Origin: Deltaproteobacteria bacterium
Lineage (GTDB): Bacteria > Myxococcota_A > UBA9160 > SZUA-336
Direction: 5' to 3'
NCBI GenBank assembly: GCA_031396695.1
Contig: JANNLG010000016.1
Location: 54,494-118,493, forward strand
DNA: 64,000 nucleotides
Every line of letters starts with the position of its first letter. Within the stretch, counting starts at the first letter, position 1. Positions 1 through 10,337 of the stretch are shown here, piece after piece. Below the pieces are notes generated by a model. That model had not been told where the DNA came from. It did not search any database and saw only the letters and a list, made by a program, of their open reading frames with translations. Both the position numbers and the translations under genes were made by a program.

Positions 1-328
1 CGATCGCGCGGCGGCGCGGTCGTCTGGAGCGACGCGAGCAGCGCGCGCGCCACGTCGGCGGTGCGCTCGACCGCGAGCTGGAACGCGGGCTCGTTCGCCT
101 TCGACGGCTTGCTGAAGCCCGAGAGCTTGCGCACGAACTGCAGCGACGCGGCGTGGATTTCGTCGTCCGTCACCGGCGGCTCGAAGTTGAAGAGCGTCTT
201 GATGCTTCGACACACCGTTCCGTCCTCCTCTAGCAAGCGCTCGCGCTCATGCGAGCGAATCTACCATGCGCGGCGGCCGCCACGGACCGGACGCCGAAAC
301 TCCAGCGAGCCTGAGATACTGCGCCGCC

Positions 329-1591
329 ATGTCGGACCCCGTCGCGCTCGAAGCTCCGCCCGCGCGCCCGCGCACGTTCGCGGCGCTGGGCGTGCCGAGC
401 TTCCGGGTGATGTGGGCGGGGACCTGGGCCTCGTACATCCCTTTCTTCATGGCGACCGTCGTGAACGGCGTGGTCGCGTTCCAGATCGCGCACGTGAACC
501 GCGCGGTCGGCACGGTGGTGTTCGCGCAGGGCGTGGCGATGGCCGCGCTCGCACCGCTCGGCGGCGCGGGTGCCGATCGCTGGCCCAAGCGGCGCGTGCT
601 GGTGGTGACGCAGCTCGCGGCAGCGGCGGTGTTCGGCGCGTTCGCGCTCCTGCTCGCGGCCGAGCGCCTCTCGATCGCCGCGCTCGCGGTGGGCTCGTTC
701 GTGCTCGGCGTCTCGATCTCCTTCCTCGGCCCGGCGCGCCAGGCGCTGGCCGCGGAGCTGGTCGGACCCGAGCTGCGCGGAAACGCGGTCGCGCTGAACC
801 AAGTTCCGCTCACGGGCTCTCAGGTGCTGGGTCCCGCGATCGCGGGGCTCCTGCTCACGTCTCCGTACGGTGCGACCGGCGCGTACGCGCTGATGAGCGC
901 GCTCTACGTCGCCGCGGCGATCTCGCTCGCGCCACTGCCGCCGTCGGTCGCGCGCACGAACGCCTCCGACACGCACGTGCTCGCGGATCTGCGCGACGGG
1001 CTCCGCTACGTCGCGACGCACCGGCGCCTGCGCCTGCTCGTGGGCTTCTTCGTGGGCGTGATCATGATGGGCTTCTCGTACATCACCGTGCTGCCGGGCC
1101 TGGTCGAGCACGCGCTCGAACGCTCGGCGGAAGCCGTGCCGACGCTGTTCTTCACGAGCGCCCTGGGCGGTCTTGCGGTCACGCTCGGCACCGCGCGGCT
1201 GGCGGACTCTCGCCGCGCGCTGCCGCTCTTCCTGGCCATGCCGTTCGTGTTCGCGGCGGGCCTCTTCGGCCTGTCCGCCGCGCCGTCGTACGCGCTCGCG
1301 GTCGCGAGCATGTTCGTGGTGGGCATGGGCTTCGGCGGCTTCCAGACCCTGAACGCGGCGGTGATCGTGCGCACGACCGAGCCAGCCTATCTCGGGCGCG
1401 TCTTCTCGCTCACCATGCTCGCGTTCGCGGGCGTCTCGCTGATGAGCCTGCCGGTCAGCGTGCTGGCCGACGCGATCGGCGAGCGCGTGACGCTGGCGAC
1501 GCTTTCCGGTGTGGTGGTAGGGATCGCGCTGTTCGTCGCGGTCGCGCTGCGTCGGATCGACCGTCCTCAGGCCAGCTCGACCGACACGTAG
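329..1591 (+). CDS. MFS transporter
   Basis: Twelve-helix-like hydrophobic profile and MFS-like loops in the 266..1591 ORF. Start is probably the second ATG at 329 (MSDPVALE...); 266 is an alternative. Confidence 0.6.
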   Translation: MSDPVALEAPPARPRTFAALGVPSFRVMWAGTWASYIPFFMATVVNGVVAFQIAHVNRAVGTVVFAQGVAMAALAPLGGAGADRWPKRRVLVVTQLAAAAVFGAFALLLAAERLSIAALAVGSFVLGVSISFLGPARQALAAELVGPELRGNAVALNQVPLTGSQVLGPAIAGLLLTSPYGATGAYALMSALYVAAAISLAPLPPSVARTNASDTHVLADLRDGLRYVATHRRLRLLVGFFVGVIMMGFSYITVLPGLVEHALERSAEAVPTLFFTSALGGLAVTLGTARLADSRRALPLFLAMPFVFAAGLFGLSAAPSYALAVASMFVVGMGFGGFQTLNAAVIVRTTEPAYLGRVFSLTMLAFAGVSLMSLPVSVLADAIGERVTLATLSGVVVGIALFVAVALRRIDRPQASSTDT

Positions 1592-1809
1592 CCGCGGTCG
1601 GGGATTTCGACGCGCAGATCGAAGCGGCCGGTGGCGCGGTCGTGCGCGAGCTCGGTCGGCTGCGCGGGATCGACGCTGCACGACGCGAGCGCGCGCGAGC
1701 AGAAGCCCGAGACCGCCCCACTCGACGCGCCACGAGCCATCCTCCGACGAGACGAGCGCGAGTCCGTCGGCCGAATCCAATCGCACGGTGTCTGCTAGCC
1801 TCGCACGCC

Positions 1810-2820
1810 GTGGAGCGTGTGCGCCGCGAAGCTTACGCAAGGGCGGGCTTGCTGGGAAATCCGTCCGACATCTACGGCGGCCGGGTGATCGCGCTTGCGC
1901 TCGCGAACTTCCGCGCGGAGGTCGCGATCGAGCCCGCCGGCGCGCTCGAGATCGTGCCCGGCGCGGACGATCGACTCAGCTATCCGAGCCTGCGCGAGGC
2001 CGCCGCCGCGCTCGACGCGTACGGCTGCGACGACGGCGTGCGACTGCTGCGCGCGAGCCTGCGCAAAGCGGTCGAGCTGCGCGGCGGGCTCGGCGACGTG
2101 GCGAGCGACGACCCGCGCCTGCGCTTCCGGATCTCGTACGCGACCGACATCCCGCGGCAGGTCGGCTTCTCGGGCTCGAGCGCGATCGTCACCGCGGCGC
2201 TGCGCGCGCTGTGCGACTGGTTCGGATTCCGGCTGGAAGGCGAAGCGCTCGCCGACGCTGCGCTCGCCTGCGAGACGGAGGAGCTCGGCATCACCGCCGG
2301 CCCGATGGACCGCGTGATCCAGGCGTTCGAGGGCCTCCTGTTCATGGATTTCTCCAAGCCGCGCACGGCCCGTTCCTTCCGCAGACTCGACCCCTCGAGC
2401 CTCCCGCCGCTGTTCGTGGCCTGGAATCCGCGCGGCGGCGCTCCGTCGCGCGCGGTTCATGGCGACATGCGCTCGCGCTATCTCGGTGGTGACACCGAGC
2501 TGCGACGCGTGATCGACGAGCTCGCGAGGCTCGCCGACGCGGGCCTGCGCTGTTTCGAGTCGGGCCACGCCGCGGAGCTGCTCCCGCTGATCGACCAGAG
2601 TTTTCAGGTCCGCGCGCGCGTGTTTCCGCTCGCCGAGTCCGACCGCGCGCTGGTGCGGATCGCGCGCGAGTCGGGCGCGGTCGCAAAGCTGTGCGGCTCC
2701 GGCGGCGCCGTGATCGGCGCGCTCCGCGACGGCGACGGCTGGTCGCGGCTCGAGACCGCGTTCGCCGCCTCCGGCTTCGCCGCGCAGCGCGTGCGGATCG
2801 CGGAGGCGAGCGCGCCATGA
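1810..2820 (+). CDS. GHMP-family sugar kinase
   Basis: C-terminal third of the 61..2820 ORF carries the GHMP motifs GNPSDIYGG (N-terminal) and GFSGSSAIVTAAL (ATP-binding), and ends CGSGGAVIG. Start (GTG 1810, GTG 1819 or TTG 1846) is uncertain. The stop overlaps the next gene's start (ATGA). Confidence 0.6.
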   Translation: MERVRREAYARAGLLGNPSDIYGGRVIALALANFRAEVAIEPAGALEIVPGADDRLSYPSLREAAAALDAYGCDDGVRLLRASLRKAVELRGGLGDVASDDPRLRFRISYATDIPRQVGFSGSSAIVTAALRALCDWFGFRLEGEALADAALACETEELGITAGPMDRVIQAFEGLLFMDFSKPRTARSFRRLDPSSLPPLFVAWNPRGGAPSRAVHGDMRSRYLGGDTELRRVIDELARLADAGLRCFESGHAAELLPLIDQSFQVRARVFPLAESDRALVRIARESGAVAKLCGSGGAVIGALRDGDGWSRLETAFAASGFAAQRVRIAEASAP

Positions 2821-3554
2821 AGGTGGTCCTGCTCTGCGCCGGCTACGCGACGCGGATGTATCCGCTGACGCGCGATCTGCCCAAGCCGCTGCTCGAGGTC
2901 GCGGGCGCGCCGATCCTCTCGCACCTGCTCGCGCGCACCGCGACGCTCCCCGGTGTCGACGAGGTCGTGGTGGTCGGCAACCACCGCTTCGCCGTGCCGC
3001 TGCGAGGCTGGGTCGAAAGTGCGCGAAGCCCCGTGCCGATCCGACTGCTCGACGACGGCTCGACCGACGAGTCGAATCGGCTCGGCGCGCTCGGCGACCT
3101 CGCCTTCGCCGCGCGCGAAGTGCCGCTCGCGGGCCACGACGCGCTGGTCGCCGCGGGCGACAACCTGGTGCTGTTCGACGTCGCGCCGCTCGCGCTCGCG
3201 TTCGCACGACGACGGGCGCCGCAACTTTCGACGCGCATCGCGCCCGCCGACTCGCGCAGCAGTCGTTATGGCGAGGTGACGGTCGACGCCAGTCGCCGCA
3301 TCACGCGCTTTCGCGAGAAGCCCGCGGACCCGCAGAGCGCGCTGGCCTCGATCGCGCTCTACTTCCTGCCCGCTCGCGCCTGGGAACTCCTCGACCGCTA
3401 TCTCGACGAGGGCGGGAATCGCGACGCACCCGGGTACTTCTTTGCCTGGCTGGTGAACCAGACGGAGGTCTACGCCGAGCCGATCGCCGGGCCGTGGTGG
3501 GACATCGGCGACCTCGACTCGCTCGCCGATGCGCGCGCGAACGCGACGCGCTAG
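2817..3554 (+). CDS. Sugar-1-phosphate nucleotidyltransferase (NTP-transferase family)
   Basis: N-terminus MKVVLLCAGYATRMYPLTRDLPKPLL is the classic G-x-G-T-R NTP-transferase signature. ATG 2817 overlaps the kinase's TGA. Confidence 0.65.
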   Translation: MKVVLLCAGYATRMYPLTRDLPKPLLEVAGAPILSHLLARTATLPGVDEVVVVGNHRFAVPLRGWVESARSPVPIRLLDDGSTDESNRLGALGDLAFAAREVPLAGHDALVAAGDNLVLFDVAPLALAFARRRAPQLSTRIAPADSRSSRYGEVTVDASRRITRFREKPADPQSALASIALYFLPARAWELLDRYLDEGGNRDAPGYFFAWLVNQTEVYAEPIAGPWWDIGDLDSLADARANATR

Positions 3555-3560
3555 CGCGTC

Positions 3561-4031
3561 TCAGCGCACGAGCGCCGCTCGCAGCGACTCGATCAGCGAA
3601 GCTCGATCGGCCGGCTCGAGCCGCGTCTCGAGCATCTCGCCGACGTTGCTGAGCCAGATCGGCGCGCCCCAGCGCGCGTCGCCGAGGTAGCGCGGCACGA
3701 CGTGGAAGTGCAGGTGCGGAACCACGTTCCCGAGCGACTCGAGGTTGATGTGATCGGGCCGAAGTGCGCGCATCAGCGCGCCCTGCGCAGCAAACAGGTC
3801 CGCGCAGAAACAAGCCCACTCCGTGGCCAAGAGCTGATCGGGACGCGCCGCGTGACGCGGATCGAAGATCAGCACGCACTGCCCGCGGTAGGTCTGGTTC
3901 TTCGCCAGGTAGAGCGAGGAGATCTCGAGCTGCGCGATCAGATCCCAAGCGTCGCTCACGTCCGGGCGAGGCGAGTCCAGCGCACACTCGACGCCGCGCA
4001 CGCTGCGCTCCCAGGCCTCTCGTTCCGACAC
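3561..4031 (-). CDS. HIT (histidine triad) family protein
   Basis: HLHFHVVPRY histidine-triad motif; 156 aa. Confidence 0.75.
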   Translation of the reverse strand: MSEREAWERSVRGVECALDSPRPDVSDAWDLIAQLEISSLYLAKNQTYRGQCVLIFDPRHAARPDQLLATEWACFCADLFAAQGALMRALRPDHINLESLGNVVPHLHFHVVPRYLGDARWGAPIWLSNVGEMLETRLEPADRASLIESLRAALVR

Positions 4032-4042
4032 GCGTTCCGCCG

Positions 4043-4909
4043 TCAGCTCGAGCCGGCTTCGATCAAGAGCGTCGGCACGCCGGGAATGCCCTTGTCGATG
4101 CTGAACACGCGGGTGCCGGCCTTGTGTCCGTCGCGCGTCGGTGTCGCCTCGAAGCCGGCCGCGACCAGGCGCGCGCGCGCCGCGTCGGCGTCAGGCACAC
4201 GCCACGCGAGGCCCCACAGGCGATCGCGCGCGGACGCATCGACCGGCGTCGAGAGCCGGCTGGCGACCTCGACCGTCACTCCGCCGACGCGGAAGAACAA
4301 CAGCCGCACGCCGCGCTGCTCGAAAGTGCGGTCGAGCGCGAGCCGCAAGCCGAGCTTCTCGCCGTAGAAGGCCCGAGTCGCCTCGACGTCCTGCGTGTTC
4401 ACCACGACGTGGTCGAGGCCGCTCGCGATCGAGTCCGTCGCTGCGAGCGGTTCGGCGACCGGCAGCGCGTCGGGTGGTGAGAGGTGTTCGATCGCGAAGA
4501 CGAGCGGTCCGCGCGACTCGTTCGGCGGCAGGATCACGTTTTTCCAGCTGCGCTCGTGCGGGCGCTCGGGGTCGCGTCCCGTGCCCGGCATCGGATCGGT
4601 CGGCGACAGGCCGCGGGCGCGCAGCTCGCGCGCGCATTCGTCGGCGTCGTCGGTGCCGAAGGCCAGGCCGATCAGGCCCTCGCCGTCGCTGTCGAGCCGC
4701 GCGCGCAGCATCGACGCGGTTCCGCCCTCGCCCGTCGGCCCGAGGAGCTCGAGGTAGGTGTTGTCGAGCCGGAACAGCGCGTTCGCGGTGCCCATGCCCG
4801 GGTGCGTGCCGCGCCACGAAGGCGCGCGGCCGAGCAGCGCGCTGAACGTCTTGGTCGAAGCGTCGAGATCGCGCACGCCGACGATCACGTGGTCGAGCGA
4901 GTGGAGCAT
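4043..4909 (-). CDS. VOC/glyoxalase family protein (two tandem domains)
   Basis: Two glyoxalase/bleomycin-resistance-like halves (HVIVGVRDLDAS..., LDHVVVNTQDVEATRAFY...). Confidence 0.65.
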   Translation of the reverse strand: MLHSLDHVIVGVRDLDASTKTFSALLGRAPSWRGTHPGMGTANALFRLDNTYLELLGPTGEGGTASMLRARLDSDGEGLIGLAFGTDDADECARELRARGLSPTDPMPGTGRDPERPHERSWKNVILPPNESRGPLVFAIEHLSPPDALPVAEPLAATDSIASGLDHVVVNTQDVEATRAFYGEKLGLRLALDRTFEQRGVRLLFFRVGGVTVEVASRLSTPVDASARDRLWGLAWRVPDADAARARLVAAGFEATPTRDGHKAGTRVFSIDKGIPGVPTLLIEAGSS

Positions 4910-4944
4910 GGTTCGAGGTTACCAGAATCGCCTCGGGCCTCGTG

Positions 4945-4963
4945 ATCCCAAGTTAATCCCAAG
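4945..4963. repeat. Direct repeat ATCCCAAG-tta-ATCCCAAG in divergent promoter region
   Basis: Seen directly, between the divergent VOC (4909, -) and S8 peptidase (5028, +) starts; 11-bp periodicity. Confidence 0.4.
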
Positions 4964-5027
4964 CTCGGGCCGTGGACCTTTGCCATGATCGTGTCGCGAT
5001 GTTCCATCGACCGCACGCTGCGCAGGC

Positions 5028-6713
5028 ATGACGACCGGCTACTACACCGCATCGCACGACTTCGTCCGGCTCGAGAAGCTGCCCTTCTCGCTGCGCGAGA
5101 TCGACGGCACGATCGTGGGCGAGCTCGGCGGGCGCGACTACGCGGCGATGTCGACCGCGCGCGTGATGCGCGCCGCGCAGACGTTCTTCGAGCTGCCCAC
5201 TCGGGGGATCGGCGGCGAGTCGCGTGTCGGACGCGCGCGCGTAGAGCCGGGCAATCTCGCCGCGCTGCTGGCGCGCAAGCCGATCGCGGTGTACGAGGAT
5301 TCCGACAGTGGCCTGCTGCGGATCCAGTATCGCGAGGTCGTGCTCCGCTTCAAGCCGGACACTTCCCTGAAGCGCAGGGTGGAGATCCTCGAAGCGTCCG
5401 GCCTGAGACTCCGCAGCCGGCATCCGCTGATTCCCGACCAGATCATCGCCTACGACGCCGAACGCCGTTTCTCAGGGGACGATCTCGTCAGCACGGCCGC
5501 GCGTCTGGCCGAGACCGACGGCGTCGTCTTCGCGACGCCGAACTTCGTGTCGCAGTACCGGCGCGACGCGCGACGAGGCGGCAGCCGGCCGCCACGCGGC
5601 CAATGGCACCTGCCGCTCGTGGGCGCGGCCGAAGCCTGGAAGACAACGCGCGGCAAGTCGGCGATCACGATCGCAATCGTCGACGACGGCGTCGACATCG
5701 CGCACCCGGACCTGCGCGCAAACATCCGCCGCCGGCCGGATCGGCACGAGCGGCGCGACCTGTACGGACGCGATTTCTTCCTGCGCGACACCGATCCGGG
5801 TCACTTCGATCCGCGCCCGAAGCGCTTCCGCGCGCCCTTCGGCCAGATGCGCGGCAACGACATCCACGGCACGTCCTGCGCGGGCGTCGCCGCGGCGCGG
5901 GGTCCGCACGTCTACGGCATCGCACCGAACTGCCGGATCCTGCCCGTGAAGGCCTTCCACGCCGACGACCTCGCCGCCGACGCGCAGGTTGCGGACGCGA
6001 TTCGCTACGCGGCGCTGCACGCCGACGTGCTGTCGTGCTCCTGGGACGGACCGCGCAGCCCCGATCTCGAGTTCGCGCTTCGCGACGCGATGGCGCTCGG
6101 TCGCAACGGCCGCGGCGCGATCGTGGTGGGCGCGAGCGGCAACGGGCGCGTCGCGCGCGTCGGCTACCCCGCATCCGATCCGAACGCGATCGCGGTCGGC
6201 GCGTCTACCGACAAGGACCTGCTGGCCTCGTACTCCAATCGCGGCGTGCAGGTCTGGGTCGTCGCGCCGTCGAACGGCGGAGAGCTCGGGGTCTTCACCA
6301 CCGACGTGAGCGCGGCGGGTCGCGGCTTCAACACGGGTACGCAGGTGGCGGGCGGCAGCGACGGGCTGTGCACGAACGACTTCGGCGGCACCTCGTCGGC
6401 CACGCCGCTGGTCGCCGGACTGTGCGCGCTCCTGCTGTCGATCGATGCGAAGCTCTCGCTCGCGCAGATTCGCGGCGTGCTCAAGTCGAGCTCGCGCAAG
6501 ATCGGCCCCGCTTCGGCGTACGACCCGAACGGTCATTCGACGAGCTACGGCTGGGGCCGACTCGACGCCGCGGCCGCGGTGGCGCTGGTCGCGGAAGCCG
6601 CCAAGGCGAAGCGCAAGCGCCCCGCCGCGAAGGCGAGAACGCAGCGCGCGACGGCTTCGCACGAGACTCGCGAGCTGCGCATTTCGGCGCGGCGCGCTGC
6701 GCCGAGGCGCTAA
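5028..6713 (+). CDS. S8 family serine peptidase (subtilase)
   Basis: Catalytic motifs IVDDGVDIAHPDL (Asp), HGTSCAGVAAA (His) and GTSSATPLVAG (Ser). No obvious signal peptide. Lys/Arg-rich C-terminal tail. Confidence 0.8.
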   Translation: MTTGYYTASHDFVRLEKLPFSLREIDGTIVGELGGRDYAAMSTARVMRAAQTFFELPTRGIGGESRVGRARVEPGNLAALLARKPIAVYEDSDSGLLRIQYREVVLRFKPDTSLKRRVEILEASGLRLRSRHPLIPDQIIAYDAERRFSGDDLVSTAARLAETDGVVFATPNFVSQYRRDARRGGSRPPRGQWHLPLVGAAEAWKTTRGKSAITIAIVDDGVDIAHPDLRANIRRRPDRHERRDLYGRDFFLRDTDPGHFDPRPKRFRAPFGQMRGNDIHGTSCAGVAAARGPHVYGIAPNCRILPVKAFHADDLAADAQVADAIRYAALHADVLSCSWDGPRSPDLEFALRDAMALGRNGRGAIVVGASGNGRVARVGYPASDPNAIAVGASTDKDLLASYSNRGVQVWVVAPSNGGELGVFTTDVSAAGRGFNTGTQVAGGSDGLCTNDFGGTSSATPLVAGLCALLLSIDAKLSLAQIRGVLKSSSRKIGPASAYDPNGHSTSYGWGRLDAAAAVALVAEAAKAKRKRPAAKARTQRATASHETRELRISARRAAPRR

Positions 6714-6794
6714 CCCGAGCGAGCGCCTTCGCGTCTTTGCGAGCTTGACCGGGGCCGCACATCCGCGGAACAAACCATATGGTCATATGACCGG

Positions 6795-7100
6795 ATGGTT
6801 CAGCCGATGCCCGGGGATGCCCTCAGCCAGACCTTTGCCGCCCTCGCCGATCCGACGCGGCGCGCGATCCTCGCCCAGCTCGCGGCGGGCGATGCGTCGG
6901 TCACGGAGCTCGCCGCGCCGTTCGCGATGAGCCGGCCGGCGGTCTCGAAGCACCTGAAGGTGCTCGAGCGCGCCGGACTGATCGCGCGCGCGCGCGACGC
7001 GCAGTGGCGCCCGAGCCGACTCGAGGCGTATCTGCGCGAGCTGCAGAAGCCGTCCAAGCCCGTCGTCAGCAACGGGAAGAAGAATGTCCGCAAGCGCTAG
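6795..7100 (+). CDS. ArsR/SmtB family transcriptional regulator
   Basis: ALADPTRRAILAQLAAGDASVTELAAPFAMSRPAVSKHLKVLERAGLI helix-turn-helix. Confidence 0.8.
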   Translation: MVQPMPGDALSQTFAALADPTRRAILAQLAAGDASVTELAAPFAMSRPAVSKHLKVLERAGLIARARDAQWRPSRLEAYLRELQKPSKPVVSNGKKNVRKR

Positions 7101-7569
7101 CACCGCAGCCGCCGCGTCCGACCTCGAACTCGCGCTGACGCGGGTCTTCGACGCGCCGCGCGAGCTCGTCTTCGCCGCGTGGACACGAGCCGAGCACGCC
7201 GTGCACTGGTTCGCGCCGCACGGCTGCACGGTCACATCGTGCACCATGGGCCTGCGCGTCGGCGGCCCGTGGCGCTCGTGCATGCGCTGGCCGGACGGCA
7301 GCGACCACTGGCAGGGCGGCGAGTTCCGCGAGATCGTCCCGCCCGAGCGGCTGGTCTTCACGTACGCGTGGGAGGACGAGAACGGCCGACCCAAGCACGA
7401 GACGCTCGTGACGGTGCGGCTCGAAGCACGCGGCGCGCAGACCGCGCTCACGTTCCACCAGGCGGTGTTCGAGTCGGAGTCGTCGCGCACCTCGCACGGC
7501 GGCGGCTGGAACGGCTCGCTCGACGTGCTCGCTGAGTACCTGGCGAAGCGAACGGGGACGCGCACATGA
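7084..7569 (+). CDS. SRPBCC (AhsA1/activator of Hsp90 ATPase-like) domain protein
   Basis: Typical ArsR partner; LTRVFDAPRELVFAAWTRAEHAVHWF; overlaps arsR by 17 nt. Confidence 0.65.
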   Translation: MSASASTAAAASDLELALTRVFDAPRELVFAAWTRAEHAVHWFAPHGCTVTSCTMGLRVGGPWRSCMRWPDGSDHWQGGEFREIVPPERLVFTYAWEDENGRPKHETLVTVRLEARGAQTALTFHQAVFESESSRTSHGGGWNGSLDVLAEYLAKRTGTRT

Positions 7570-8477
7570 CCGCGGCCGAGGCGGATGCGCTCGCCTATTA
7601 CGCGACACCAGCGCGGTTCACTGAGCTCGGCCCGCACGCGCCGCTCTCGCGTGATTTGCCCGACGACCTCGGCGCTCTGTGTCGGCTGGTGCAGGGGCTG
7701 ATCGTGCACCCGTTCCTGGGCCAGCTCTACGGCCTCTCGCCGAACCCGAAGCGCCAGGGCGAGCTCGAGCTTCGCTCGGTGCAGGACATGCTCGACCGGA
7801 TGCTCGCGCTCGAACCCGCTCCGCTTTCGGCACGCCGCGCGCCCGAGCAGCGGCTACTCGGCAACTGCCGTCACTTCTCGGTGTTGACGTGTTCTCTGCT
7901 GCGCGCGCGCGGCGTACCGTCGCGGCCGCGCTGCGGCTTCGCCAGCTGGTTCGAGCCGGGCAAGTTCACGGACCACTGGGTCTGCGAGGTCTGGGATCCG
8001 CAGCGCAGCGCGTGGCGCCTGGTGGACGCACAGCTCGACGCCGAGCAGCGCGAAGCCTGCAAGATCGACTTCGACCCGCTCGACGTACCGCGCGATCGCT
8101 TCCTGATCGCGGGTCGCGCCTGGCAGCGCTGCCGACACGAAGGTGCGAATCCGACGGACTTCGGAATCCTCGACCTGCGCGGTCTCTGGTTCGTGCGCGG
8201 CAACCTGGTGCGCGACCTGGCCGCGCTCGCCAAGCGCGAGCTCCTGCCCTGGGACGGCTGGGGCCTGATGGCGGATGCGCACGAGAGCGACGCGAGCGAG
8301 CTCGCGCTGCTCGATCGTGTCGCGGCGCTCACGCTGGCCGGCGACGAGCGGCACGCCGAGCGCCTCGCGCTGCAGTCGAGCGATCCGGGTCTGCGGGTGC
8401 CGCGCGCCGTCGTCAACTTCAACCTGGGCGGCGCCGCGGTCGAACTTCCGCCCGGAGTCGCGAACGAATCGAGCTAG
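7566..8477 (+). CDS. Transglutaminase-like domain protein
   Basis: GNCRHFSVLTCSLLRARGVPSRPRCGF transglutaminase-like Cys core; ATGA overlap with the upstream gene. Confidence 0.65.
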   Translation: MTAAEADALAYYATPARFTELGPHAPLSRDLPDDLGALCRLVQGLIVHPFLGQLYGLSPNPKRQGELELRSVQDMLDRMLALEPAPLSARRAPEQRLLGNCRHFSVLTCSLLRARGVPSRPRCGFASWFEPGKFTDHWVCEVWDPQRSAWRLVDAQLDAEQREACKIDFDPLDVPRDRFLIAGRAWQRCRHEGANPTDFGILDLRGLWFVRGNLVRDLAALAKRELLPWDGWGLMADAHESDASELALLDRVAALTLAGDERHAERLALQSSDPGLRVPRAVVNFNLGGAAVELPPGVANESS

Positions 8478-8496
8478 CGCGCGGCCGGCCGGCCGC

Positions 8497-10305
8497 TCAG
8501 GTCGGGCGCTTCCTCAGATTCGACGCCAGCAGGCGCTTGCGCAAGCGCAGGCTCGCGGGCGTGACCTCGAGCAGCTCGTCGCCCTCGATCCACTCCAGCG
8601 CCGACTCGATCGTGAAGCGGCGCGGCGGCGTCAGGACCTGCGCGTCGTCGTGGCCGGTGTTGCGCACGTTGGTGAGCTTCTTCGCGCGCGCGACGTTCAC
8701 GTTCATGTCGTTGTCGCGGCGGTTCTCGCCCACGACCTGGCCTTCGTACACGCTCTCGCCGTTGCCGATGAACATGGTCGCGCGGTCTTGAATGCTGAAC
8801 AGCGCGTGCGTGGTGGAGCGGCCGGTCTCGCTGGCGACGATCGCACCGACGCCCCTGCCCGTCAGGTTGCCTGCGAGCGGCTCGTAGCCGCGCACGCTGC
8901 GGTAGAGATTTCCCTCGCCGCGCGTGTCGGTGAGGAACTCCGTGCGGTAGCCGAACAGGCCGCGCGAAGGCACGATGAAGTTGAGCAGCGTGCGCGCGCC
9001 GCGGCTCTCCATCTGCACGAGTCGGCCGCGGCGTGAGCCGAGCTTCTCGAGCACCGCGCCGGTGGCTTCCTGGGGCACATCGGCGACGACGTCCTCGACC
9101 GGCTCGCAGCGCTTGCCGTCGACGACGCGCTCGATGATCTGCGGCTGAGAGACCGCAAACTCGAAGCCCTCGCGGCGCATGGTCTCGATCAACACCGCGA
9201 TCTGCAGCTCACCGCGGCCGGCAACCTCGAAGGTGTCGGTGGATTCGCCGCTGCCGATCCGGATCGACACGTTCGTGAGCGCTTCGCGTCGCAGACGGTC
9301 GCCGATCTGACGGCTCGTGACGTACTTGCCTTCCTGACCGGCGAACGGAGAGTTGTTCACCGAGAAGCGCACGCTCACGGTCGGTGGATCGATCGCGATG
9401 CGCGGCAGCGATTCTTGCGCGTCCGGCGGACAGACGGTGTCGCCGATCTCGATCGTGTCGACGCCGGCGATGATCGCGATCTCGCCCGCGGAGGCCGACT
9501 CGCGCTCGACGCGCTCGAGCCCCTGGGGCGCAAATAGTTTCGTGATGCGGAAGCTCTGCGCCGCACCCGACTCGGGGATACGCACGACGGTGACGCCGCG
9601 TCGGAGCGTCCCCCGCTCCACGCGCCCGATCACGAGCCGGCCGACGAACTCGTCCCAGCCCAGCGTCACGGCCTGAAACTGCAGCGGCCCTTCGGTGTCG
9701 ACCACGGGTGCGGGCGCGTGCTCGAGGATCAGATCGAGCAGCGGCCGCAGGTCCTTGCGCTCGGCTTCGGGCGTGAGCGCGGCGGTGCCCTGCTTCGCGG
9801 ACGTGTAGACGATCGGGAAATCGAGCTGGCGATCGTCGGCGCCGAGCTCGACGAGCAGGTCGAAGACCTCGTCGACGACTTCGTGCGCGCGTTGCTCCGG
9901 CCGATCGATCTTGTTGACCACGACGATCGGCTTCAAGCCGCGCGCGAGCGCCTTGCCGAGCACGAAGCGCGTCTGCGGCATCACGCCCTCGACCGCGTCC
10001 ACGAGCAAGAGCACCGCGTCGACCATGCCCAGCACGCGCTCGACCTCGCCGCCGAAATCCGCGTGACCAGGCGTGTCGACGAGCTGGATCTTCACGCCCT
10101 CGTACTCCACCGCCGTGTTCTTGGCGTGGATGGTGATGCCGCGCTCGCGCTCCAGGTCCTCGCTGTCCATCGCGCGCTCCTGCACTTCCTGGTTGACGCG
10201 GAAGGTGCCGGTCTGGCGCAGGAGTCCATCGAGCAGCGTCGTCTTGCCATGATCGACGTGCGCAATGATGGCTAGGTTGCGGATGTCTTTGCGGGGGCCA
10301 CGCAT
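8497..10305 (-). CDS. typA: Translational GTPase TypA/BipA
   Basis: [23 protein letters not shown]-domain, EF-G-like domains; 602 aa. Confidence 0.9.
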   Translation of the reverse strand: MRGPRKDIRNLAIIAHVDHGKTTLLDGLLRQTGTFRVNQEVQERAMDSEDLERERGITIHAKNTAVEYEGVKIQLVDTPGHADFGGEVERVLGMVDAVLLLVDAVEGVMPQTRFVLGKALARGLKPIVVVNKIDRPEQRAHEVVDEVFDLLVELGADDRQLDFPIVYTSAKQGTAALTPEAERKDLRPLLDLILEHAPAPVVDTEGPLQFQAVTLGWDEFVGRLVIGRVERGTLRRGVTVVRIPESGAAQSFRITKLFAPQGLERVERESASAGEIAIIAGVDTIEIGDTVCPPDAQESLPRIAIDPPTVSVRFSVNNSPFAGQEGKYVTSRQIGDRLRREALTNVSIRIGSGESTDTFEVAGRGELQIAVLIETMRREGFEFAVSQPQIIERVVDGKRCEPVEDVVADVPQEATGAVLEKLGSRRGRLVQMESRGARTLLNFIVPSRGLFGYRTEFLTDTRGEGNLYRSVRGYEPLAGNLTGRGVGAIVASETGRSTTHALFSIQDRATMFIGNGESVYEGQVVGENRRDNDMNVNVARAKKLTNVRNTGHDDAQVLTPPRRFTIESALEWIEGDELLEVTPASLRLRKRLLASNLRKRPT

Positions 10306-10337
10306 CGGGGCGCCGAGGCTAAGATCCCTTCCTTCAG

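Noticed and set aside
61-1800. N-terminal 580 codons of the 919-aa ORF 61..2820 (+) and the 536-aa ORF 230..1840 (-), both extremely Arg/Ala/Gly-rich
   Set aside because: They overlap the well-supported MFS transporter frame. Their composition is typical of out-of-frame high-GC shadow ORFs. Only the GHMP-kinase portion (about 1810..2820) has protein-like motifs.
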